24,000 nucleotides of DNA from Thomasclavelia sp. (GTDB lineage Bacteria > Bacillota_I > Bacilli_A > Erysipelotrichales > Coprobacillaceae). Made by a program: the position numbers and the translations under genes. How positions within the stretch are numbered: position 1 is the stretch's first letter; the number at the start of each line of letters is the position of its first letter. The stretch covers positions 5,886 to 29,885 of the forward strand of contig JAHHSU010000005.1 of the NCBI GenBank assembly GCA_020025035.1, written 5' to 3'. The notes beneath the pieces were generated by a model. It saw only the letters and a list, made by a program, of their open reading frames with translations, searched no databases and was not told where the DNA came from. Below, one piece after another: positions 16,866-24,000 of the stretch.

Positions 16866-17915
16866 ATGAATACAAAATTATTAGAAAAATTATCTAATGC
16901 AGATGCAATTGCAGCAAATGAACAGGAAGTAAGAGATATTCTTTACAATGAGCTAGAAAATGATTGTGATTTGATAGATTATGATGGATTAGGAAGTATT
17001 ATCTTTAAAAAAGAAGGGAATCAAAAAGGTCCTAAAATTATGCTTTGTGCACATATGGATGAAGTGGGGTTTATGGTGCGAAGTATTTCACAAAATGGAC
17101 ATATTTTGTTAATGAATATTGGATCGGTAAAACCATTAGCTCAATTTGTTCAGGAAGTAAAAATTACTACAAGTACTGGTAAAAAAATATATGGTATATT
17201 ACACGCTAAATACATTGATAATTTTGCTAAAGATGTTTATGTAGATATAGGTGTCGATAGTCAAAAAGAGGTAGGTGAATTAGGAATAGAAATAGGAGAT
17301 ATGGTTACTTATAGTACCCAATTTAAACATCTTCATCAAGATTACATGATTGGAAAGGCATTTGATGATCGTCTAGGATGTTATGTTATTACTAGGGTTT
17401 TAAAAAGATTGCGTCAAAAAAATCATCCTAATGTTGTTTATGGGGTGATGACTTCTAGTGAAGAAGTTGGTATTCGTGGAGCGAAAACTGCAACATATAA
17501 AATTAATCCTGATATTGTAATCCCTATTGATGTTGCCTGTTTTTCTAATGAATGGATTAAAGATCATACCAATCAAAGACAGATTGGAAAAGGGGTTATT
17601 CTTACTCATTATGATAAGACGTTAGCACCAAATCGTTATTTACTAAATCTATTTAAACAAACATCAAAAAAATTAAATAAACCTATCCAATTAGATATGT
17701 TTAATACAGGAGGGACAGATGGAGGTGAAGCACATAAATGTTATGATGGAAAACCCACAGTAGTTACATGCATTCCAGTAAGATATGGACATTGTGCCTA
17801 TTCGATCGCAAAACAAAAGGATATTGAAGATATGATTGATATTTTAGAGGAATTAATATTAAATTTTGATTTTAATCAGTATTATCAATCTATTAATTTT
17901 AAGGGAGGAAAATAA
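16866..17915 (+). CDS. M42-family metallo-aminopeptidase (FrvX/YpdE/CelM-like; often mis-annotated as endoglucanase)
   Basis: ATG 16866 after the SD AAGGAG. Motifs CAHMDEVGF, FDDRLG, SSEEVGIRGA and RYGH are all intact. Confidence 0.9.
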   Translation: MNTKLLEKLSNADAIAANEQEVRDILYNELENDCDLIDYDGLGSIIFKKEGNQKGPKIMLCAHMDEVGFMVRSISQNGHILLMNIGSVKPLAQFVQEVKITTSTGKKIYGILHAKYIDNFAKDVYVDIGVDSQKEVGELGIEIGDMVTYSTQFKHLHQDYMIGKAFDDRLGCYVITRVLKRLRQKNHPNVVYGVMTSSEEVGIRGAKTATYKINPDIVIPIDVACFSNEWIKDHTNQRQIGKGVILTHYDKTLAPNRYLLNLFKQTSKKLNKPIQLDMFNTGGTDGGEAHKCYDGKPTVVTCIPVRYGHCAYSIAKQKDIEDMIDILEELILNFDFNQYYQSINFKGGK

Positions 17916-17916
17916 A

Positions 17917-18240
17917 ATGACAGAACAAGAACAACAAATTGTAGGGATTATTGCTTCATCTGGGCAGAGTAAATCTAAAGCTTTTGAAGCATTAAATATG
18001 GTAAAAATTGGGGAATATGATAAAGCTAGGCAACTAATAGAAGAAAGTAGAAAACTAGACGTTGATGCGCATCTTATTCAAACTCAATTAATTCAAGCAG
18101 AATTTGATGAAACAAAAGATAGTTTACCAATCACATTATTAATGGTTCATGCACAAGATCACTATATGGTAAGTCAATTAGCACGTGATTTAATTGAATC
18201 GTTAATTAATGTATTTGAAGCAAAGGAAAGGGGAGAATAA
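17917..18240 (+). CDS. PTS lactose/cellobiose-family EIIA component
   Basis: ATG 17917 after the SD GGGAGGA. The conserved MVHAQDH segment carries the phosphorylatable His. Size 107 aa is typical. Confidence 0.9.
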   Translation: MTEQEQQIVGIIASSGQSKSKAFEALNMVKIGEYDKARQLIEESRKLDVDAHLIQTQLIQAEFDETKDSLPITLLMVHAQDHYMVSQLARDLIESLINVFEAKERGE

Positions 18241-18241
18241 A

Positions 18242-18577
18242 ATGAAAATATTATTATGTTGTGCAGGAGGATTTTCTACTAACATGTTAATGCAAAACAT
18301 GAAAAAAATTGTAAAGGATAGTGAAAAACTAAATGAAGAAGATTTTAGTTTTACTGCTATTCCAGCAGATGCATTAGAAGAGGAAATTGATCATTGGGAT
18401 ATTGTTTTAGTAGGACCACAAGTTTCTCATAAGATTGATATGATTGAAGCAATATGTAAACCTAAAAATGTTCCATTTACGATTATAGATAAAGATGTAT
18501 ATGGAAAAATGGATGGTGCTACGGTTTTAAAATTAGCTTTAGTAACTTATAAAAAACATCAATTAGCAAATAGTTAG
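18242..18577 (+). CDS. PTS lactose/cellobiose-family EIIB component
   Basis: ATG 18242 after the SD GGGGAG. N-terminal active-site Cys motif MKILLCCAGGFSTNMLM. About 111 aa. Confidence 0.9.
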   Translation: MKILLCCAGGFSTNMLMQNMKKIVKDSEKLNEEDFSFTAIPADALEEEIDHWDIVLVGPQVSHKIDMIEAICKPKNVPFTIIDKDVYGKMDGATVLKLALVTYKKHQLANS

Positions 18578-18602
18578 TGCTAGATAGGGGGGGAGAAAAA
18601 TA

Positions 18603-19934
18603 ATGTTTAAAAAATTTGAAGCATTTATGAATAAATGGTTAATGCCTTTTGCTCGTAAGGTTGATAAGCAACGACATTTAAGTGCAATTAAGGCATCTAT
18701 GGTTGCAATGACACCTTTTACAATTTTAGGAAGTTTCTTTGCGATACTTCCAGCATTACCAAATATGATAGGTATTAACAATCCAGTTAGTCAATTTATT
18801 ATAAATAATGCAGAGTTATTTGATTTACCTGTGACATTGTCCATTGGGATGATGAGTTTGTATGTAACAATGTGTATTGCATATAATTTAGGAAATCATT
18901 ATAAATTATATATTCCTGGATGTATTTCATTATCTACGTTTGCATTTTTATGTGTTGCTGTAGAAGTAGTTGATGGAGGAATAAGTATTACTAATTTTGG
19001 TGCAAAAGGGTTATTTTGTGCAATGTTAGTTGGAATGGGTGCTACTGAATTATATCGTTTATGTAAAGAAAAAAATCTTACAATTCGAATGCCAGAAGGA
19101 GTGCCAGATTTTGTTTCAAAATCATTTGAATTAATTCCAACAACAATTATTGTGGCTGGTACTTTTATTCTTGTTCGTTTTGTATCATTAAATGTATTTC
19201 ATTCATTACCACCTCAAATTTTAACAATCTTTTTATCTCCATTAGTTGGTTCAATGGATAATCCATGGGCAGTATTATTCTTACACTTTATGATCTGCTT
19301 AATCTTCTTTTTTGGGATTCACTCTTCTGTTTTTGGTCCAATTACACGTCCAATTATGGCAACATTTATTGCAGAAAATATTGCAGCAATGCAAGCTGGA
19401 CAACCTTTACCACATTTTTATACAGCTGGTACATCTAGTGCATTTTTTGGATTTACAGGTGCAGGAATTACTATTGGTTGTGTAGTTGCATGTATGATGT
19501 CTAAATCTAAACGTTATAAAAAAATTGGTCAGGTTTCGTTATTTCCATCATTATTTGGTATTAATGAGCCAATATTATTTGGTGCTCCAATTATTTTAAA
19601 TCCTATTATGTTTATCCCATTTGTATTTGGTGGTGCAATTATAGGAACTTTACCAATGTTTTTAATGCATTATGGCTTATTAGGTAAACCATTTTTCGAT
19701 CCACCTTATGTTGGTGTTTTCTTAGAAGGATTTTTAACAAATGGAGATTGGCGAGTATTCCTTGTGTGTGGATTACAGTTGATATTAGCAATTTTAGTTT
19801 ATTATCCTTTCTTTAAAATTATGGAAAGACAAGAATTAAAAGAAGAAGCAAGTCGAAAAGAAAAAGAAGAGATCAAGCAAATATTTAGTGAAAAAGACAA
19901 CGATATTTTAAATGAATTAGATTTAGATTTTTAA
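18603..19934 (+). CDS. PTS lactose/cellobiose-family EIIC permease
   Basis: SD GGGGGGGAG. N-terminal pattern ...MPFARKVDKQRHLSAIKASMVAMTPFTILGSFF typical of CelB/LicC. About 10 TM segments. 443 aa. Confidence 0.92.
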   Translation: MFKKFEAFMNKWLMPFARKVDKQRHLSAIKASMVAMTPFTILGSFFAILPALPNMIGINNPVSQFIINNAELFDLPVTLSIGMMSLYVTMCIAYNLGNHYKLYIPGCISLSTFAFLCVAVEVVDGGISITNFGAKGLFCAMLVGMGATELYRLCKEKNLTIRMPEGVPDFVSKSFELIPTTIIVAGTFILVRFVSLNVFHSLPPQILTIFLSPLVGSMDNPWAVLFLHFMICLIFFFGIHSSVFGPITRPIMATFIAENIAAMQAGQPLPHFYTAGTSSAFFGFTGAGITIGCVVACMMSKSKRYKKIGQVSLFPSLFGINEPILFGAPIILNPIMFIPFVFGGAIIGTLPMFLMHYGLLGKPFFDPPYVGVFLEGFLTNGDWRVFLVCGLQLILAILVYYPFFKIMERQELKEEASRKEKEEIKQIFSEKDNDILNELDLDF

Positions 19935-19957
19935 AAGGCAATTATTATATTGCCTTT
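19934..19957 (+). terminator. Hairpin between EIIC and the M24B peptidase gene (weak or partial terminator, or a processing site)
   Basis: Perfect 9-bp stem AAAGGCAAT / ATTGCCTTT with loop TATTAT, followed by ATTATT rather than a clean T-run. Confidence 0.3.
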
Positions 19958-19976
19958 ATTATTAGGAGGAAGCAAA

Positions 19977-21044
19977 ATGGATAGAACTAAAAAGTTTACT
20001 CAAGTATGCCTAGAACGTCAATTAGATGCAGTATTGATTCATAGTAAAACAAACAAACAATATCTTGGTGCATTAACTGGAAGTGGAGTAAAGGTTTTAA
20101 TCACTAAAGATAAAGTGTACCAAATTATGGATGGTAGATATATTAATGAAGCAAAGATAAAGACTCCTACATTTAACAATATTGTATATAAGCAAGGATC
20201 ATCTTATATAGATGCAGTAAAAGAAATAGTTGGTACAAATGCAGTGATTGGGATTGAGGGGAATCATGTTAGTGCATGTGAATATCATCAAATGCTCCAA
20301 TCAAACTTGAATATAGAGTTATTATCAAATGATTTAGAAATCATAAGAAGATGTAAAGATGAAAATGAAATTGCTTGTATTAAAGAAGCATGCAAGATTA
20401 CAGATCAAGTTTTTGAAGAACTACTTAAATTGATTAAAGTAGGAATGAGTGAAATAGAAATAGCTAATCATATCGAATTTTTAGCTAAACAAAATGGTGC
20501 TACATCAATGGCATTTGATACTATTGTAGTTTCTGGTACTAGAGGTGCATTACCACATGGAAGACCTACTAGTAAACGAGTAGAAAAAAATGAAATGGTT
20601 ACAATAGATTTTGGAGTAGTATATCATGGTTATCAATCTGATATGACTCGAACAATATGCATAGGTAAACCTAAAGATGAATTAAAAAAAATCTATGATA
20701 TTGTTTGTCATGCACAATGTGCAGGTATTCAATATATTAAACCAGGTATTACTGGAAAAGAAGTAGATCAATATGTTCGTGATATTATTGAAAAAGCAGG
20801 ATATGGAAAGTATTTTACGCATGGATTAGGTCATGGTATTGGATTAGGTGGAGGAGAATTACCTTTACTAAATCAATATAGTGAAACTGTATTAGAAGAA
20901 GGCATGGTGATGTCTTGTGAACCAGGGATTTATATTCCTAATGTTGGTGGAGTAAGAATTGAAGATGATGTTGTTATTCAAAATGGAAAAGCAGTAGTGT
21001 TAAATCAAACTACTAAAAAATTAATTATTCTTAAGGAGGATTAG
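19977..21044 (+). CDS. M24B-family Xaa-Pro peptidase (PepQ/PepP/YpdF-like)
   Basis: ATG 19977 after the SD AGGAGGA. Pita-bread metal-site motifs DFGVVYHGYQSDMTRT, HGLGHGIGL, CEPGIY and VRIEDDV are intact. Confidence 0.9.
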   Translation: MDRTKKFTQVCLERQLDAVLIHSKTNKQYLGALTGSGVKVLITKDKVYQIMDGRYINEAKIKTPTFNNIVYKQGSSYIDAVKEIVGTNAVIGIEGNHVSACEYHQMLQSNLNIELLSNDLEIIRRCKDENEIACIKEACKITDQVFEELLKLIKVGMSEIEIANHIEFLAKQNGATSMAFDTIVVSGTRGALPHGRPTSKRVEKNEMVTIDFGVVYHGYQSDMTRTICIGKPKDELKKIYDIVCHAQCAGIQYIKPGITGKEVDQYVRDIIEKAGYGKYFTHGLGHGIGLGGGELPLLNQYSETVLEEGMVMSCEPGIYIPNVGGVRIEDDVVIQNGKAVVLNQTTKKLIILKED

Positions 21045-21047
21045 CCC

Positions 21048-22232
21048 ATGAAATATAACTTTGACAAGGTAATTGATCGAAAAAAAAGTAAATGTAGAAA
21101 ATGGGATAATGGTATACTTCAAAATAAATTTAATGTAGATCAAAATGCAATTCCAATGGATCTTGCTGACTTAGATTTTGAATGTGCTCCTGCTATTAAA
21201 AAAGCATTAGTTGATCGTGCATTGTTAGGGGATTATGGTTATTCATATTGTTATGATGAGTATTATGATGCGGTTATTAACTGGAATAAAAGAAGATTTC
21301 ATGTAGATATAAAAAAAGAGTGGATTAAGTTAACGTTTGGTACTTGTGGGACATTGCATTATATTGTTCAATGTTTTTGTAAACAAGGTGAAGCTGTAAT
21401 GATTAATACACCTGCATACGAACCTTTTGCTAAAGCGGTATATGAAGCAGGATGTCAACTAGTATGTAATCCATTAAAATTAGATAATATGAGATATTAT
21501 TTTGATTTTAAGTTAATGGAAAAGCAAATCGTAGAACAAAATGTTAAGTTATTTATACTATGCTCTCCACAAAACCCAAGTGGTAGAGTGTGGACAAAAG
21601 AAGAGTTACACAAGCTAAGTGAAATATGTATAAAACATGATGTATTAGTGGTTTGTGATGAAATACATCGAGACATTGTGTTTAAAAAGGATAGTTTTAC
21701 TACGTTATGGAATGCACATGAAGATATTATTCATCACTCTATTATGTGTGTATCACCAAATAAAGGATTTAATTTAGGTGGATTAAAATCAAGTTACATT
21801 ATAATAGAAAACAGTAACATACGTCAAAAAATGTTAGAGTATCTTGAAAAAGTATATGTTACAAGTCCTCATGTTTTTGTCATTCCAGCAACTATTGCAG
21901 CTTATAATGAGAGTGAAGAATGGTTAGATCAATTAACAAAATATATTGAAGAAAACTTTGAGATTCTTTATCACTGGTTTGAAAAATATATGCCAAAAGC
22001 AAAAGTAATGAAAGCAGATTCTAGTTTTTTATCATGGATTAATGTAAGTGATGTTTTTGAAAACGAGAATCAAATGCAAGAATTTTTTGTAAAAGCTAAT
22101 CTAACAATGGTAGTAGGAAGTTATTTTGTTGCTGATGGATTAGGTTGGGTAAGATTAAATGTTGGTACACAAAAAGAAATATTAATCGAAGCATTAAATA
22201 GAATGCAAGCTGTCTTAGAACACAATATGTAA
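21048..22232 (+). CDS. PLP-dependent class I/II aminotransferase-fold C-S beta-lyase (MalY/PatB type)
   Basis: N-terminal signature NFDKVIDRKKSKCRKWD typical of MalY/PatB. PLP-Lys motif SPNKGFNLGGLK. 394 aa. Confidence 0.88.
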   Translation: MKYNFDKVIDRKKSKCRKWDNGILQNKFNVDQNAIPMDLADLDFECAPAIKKALVDRALLGDYGYSYCYDEYYDAVINWNKRRFHVDIKKEWIKLTFGTCGTLHYIVQCFCKQGEAVMINTPAYEPFAKAVYEAGCQLVCNPLKLDNMRYYFDFKLMEKQIVEQNVKLFILCSPQNPSGRVWTKEELHKLSEICIKHDVLVVCDEIHRDIVFKKDSFTTLWNAHEDIIHHSIMCVSPNKGFNLGGLKSSYIIIENSNIRQKMLEYLEKVYVTSPHVFVIPATIAAYNESEEWLDQLTKYIEENFEILYHWFEKYMPKAKVMKADSSFLSWINVSDVFENENQMQEFFVKANLTMVVGSYFVADGLGWVRLNVGTQKEILIEALNRMQAVLEHNM

Positions 22233-22235
22233 TAT

Positions 22236-22273
22236 AAAAAATACAAAATGTATCATTCATTTTGTATTTTTTT
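22236..22273 (+). terminator. Rho-independent terminator ending the PTS operon
   Basis: Stem AAAAATACAAAATG / CATTTTGTATTTTT with loop TATCATT and a trailing T-run. Confidence 0.8.
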
Positions 22274-22422
22274 ATACTTCATCATACTAGAAGATATATC
22301 AAAATATAGTAAAACAACAATTAATCAAACCAAAAAAGATGTAATTATGTGTATAAAATTTACGTTTCATACTGACACTTACTATTGCAATTTAATTGTG
22401 GTATCTTTTACAGCGTATTTAA

Positions 22423-22451
22423 TTTACTTCATTAAAAAAATAATATATAAT
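22423..22451 (+). promoter_or_regulatory. Possible sigma-A promoter for the PBP gene (TTTACT-17 nt-TATAAT)
   Basis: -35 TTTACT at 22423-22428, a 17-nt spacer and -10 TATAAT at 22446-22451, 21 nt upstream of ATG 22473. The AT-rich context raises the chance of a false positive. Confidence 0.35.
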
Positions 22452-22472
22452 ATTTTAATAAAGGAGATGATC

Positions 22473-24000
22473 ATGTTGTTTAATAATAAAAAGTCAGATA
22501 CACATAAATTCTCCGGTTCGTATTTTTTTGATGGATATAATGATGAGAAAAAAAGAGAGCGAAGAAAAAAAGAAAATGAGGTGACTAGAAGAATAATAGG
22601 ATTAATATTTTTTATTCTTGTTGTGGCATCTTTAATTGGTGTACGTATGTATTATTTACAAGTTGTACAAAATGGTTATTATGAAAGTAAATTGATCACT
22701 TATCAACGAACAGAAAAAAATAGTGATGTACCTAGAGGTACTATTACAGATCGTAATGGTATAGTTTTAGCAAATAGTAAGTCTACTAATGTTATTGTCT
22801 ATTATGCTCCTAAAGGTATTGATTCTAAAACTGAATTAATGATGGCCGGAGTTTTATCTGATTATTTTACTGCTAATCGTTTTAATATAAAATTAAGAGA
22901 TAAAAAGGATTGTTTTATATTAGCTTTTCCTAAAGAAGCAAGTGCATTAGTTACTAAGGAAGAAAAAGCAACGCTTACAGATGAAGAATTATATCAATTA
23001 GAATTGGATCGTATTAGTGAAACAATGATTGATGAAAAATTAGATGCTCAACAATTAGTTCAGTATTATATTTATTTTTTAATGAAAAATACAAATATTT
23101 ATGGACATGTCATTATTGAGAATGCAACAGTAGAAGATATTAGTTTTATTAGCGAAAGAAAAGATGTTTTAAAAGGGTTCATTTTTTCTTATGATTATGT
23201 AAGAGAATATAATTATGGGGATAATATGAAGGATGTATTAGGAAGTCTTTCTACAAAGAAAAATGGTATTCCAAAGAACGAATCAAATCGTTTATTAGCA
23301 GCTGACTATATGATGAATTCAAGAATTGGAACATCTGGATTAGAAAAAGAATATGAGCAAATATTAGGAGGACAACCTTCTGTTTATAATATTTCTTATG
23401 ATATTAATACTGGAGAGCCTATTATTAACCAAATAAAACCTGGAGAAAAAGGATCTGATTTACGTTTAGCAATTGATTGGGAATTACAAGAAATTGCTGA
23501 TCAAAAAATGGAACAAATACTTAAAGCTAATATAAACAAGCCATATTTTGATCGTTTATTTTTTACTTTGATGGATCCTAACACTGGAGATGTTTTAGTA
23601 ATGGCTGGAAAGTATATTGATAAAAAAACAGGAGAAATTATAGATTATGCTTCTGGTAATTATTTAGAGGCATTTCCATATGGTTCAACTGTAAAAGGTG
23701 CTACAATTTATATGGGGCATAAACGTCATTTAATTCAACCAAATGAAGTTATTAATGATACTTCTGAAGGGATTGTAATTCAAGGGACAAAACCTAAAAA
23801 ATCATATAAAGCTTTAGGACCTGTTAGTGATATTACAGCTTTAGCAAAATCTTCTAACGTTTATATGTTTCATATTGCAATGCGCTTAGGAGGAGCGAAT
23901 TATATTCCTAATAAACCATTAAGTATTGATAAAGAAGCTTTTTCAAAGTTAAGAAAAGATTTTGGAGAATTAGGTTTAGGCGTAAAAACAGGAATTGATG
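22473..24000 (+). CDS. Class B penicillin-binding protein (PBP2/MrdA- or SpoVD-like transpeptidase), 5' part, continuing beyond the window
   Basis: Not in the ORF track because it is open-ended. My own translation from ATG 22473 (SD AAGGAGA) gives MLFNNKKSDTHKF...RRIIGLIFFILVVASLIG (TM anchor)...PRGTITDRNGIVLA...GTSGLEKEYE...FPYGSTVKGATIY (SxxK active site). Confidence 0.9.
   Translation, partial: MLFNNKKSDTHKFSGSYFFDGYNDEKKRERRKKENEVTRRIIGLIFFILVVASLIGVRMYYLQVVQNGYYESKLITYQRTEKNSDVPRGTITDRNGIVLANSKSTNVIVYYAPKGIDSKTELMMAGVLSDYFTANRFNIKLRDKKDCFILAFPKEASALVTKEEKATLTDEELYQLELDRISETMIDEKLDAQQLVQYYIYFLMKNTNIYGHVIIENATVEDISFISERKDVLKGFIFSYDYVREYNYGDNMKDVLGSLSTKKNGIPKNESNRLLAADYMMNSRIGTSGLEKEYEQILGGQPSVYNISYDINTGEPIINQIKPGEKGSDLRLAIDWELQEIADQKMEQILKANINKPYFDRLFFTLMDPNTGDVLVMAGKYIDKKTGEIIDYASGNYLEAFPYGSTVKGATIYMGHKRHLIQPNEVINDTSEGIVIQGTKPKKSYKALGPVSDITALAKSSNVYMFHIAMRLGGANYIPNKPLSIDKEAFSKLRKDFGELGLGVKTGID

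Noticed and set aside
1-24000. CRISPR arrays, tandem repeats, rRNA or tRNA genes, riboswitches or T-boxes, and intact IS elements or integrases.
   Set aside because: I saw no periodic direct repeats, no tRNA-like or rRNA-like GC-rich structured segments, and no transposase- or integrase-length ORFs. This visual scan cannot exclude small ncRNAs, so covariance-model searches would be needed.

Overview
AT-rich chromosomal segment from a low-GC, endospore-forming Firmicute. I cannot name the species from sequence alone. Housekeeping and sporulation genes are murI, gerM, a YsnB/YfcE-type phosphoesterase, lepA and a class B PBP that runs off the right edge. Three accessory modules sit among them. 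(1) A biosynthesis-less lantibiotic-immunity-type cassette at about 2.1-7.4 kb: LanFEG-like ABC transporter plus OmpR-type response regulator and histidine kinase. It lies between murI and gerM, and its kinase is cut short by an in-frame TAA. (2) A minus-strand tricistronic germinant-receptor operon in B-A-C order. (3) A seven-gene operon at about 14.9-22.3 kb: LicR/CelR-like PRD regulator, M42 aminopeptidase, Lac/Cel-family PTS IIA, IIB and IIC, M24B Xaa-Pro peptidase and a MalY/PatB-type PLP C-S lyase, with no phospho-glycosidase. I consider module 3 the best candidate for an uncharacterised system. Other points of interest: a VanY/LdcB-like protein translationally coupled to murI whose three zinc-ligand positions are all substituted, a 12-codon uORF overlapping the phosphoesterase start, and a tail-less SSB-like OB-fold protein. 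I saw no rRNA, tRNA, CRISPR array or intact mobile element. All calls come from reading the supplied translations and the DNA by eye; no searches were run.
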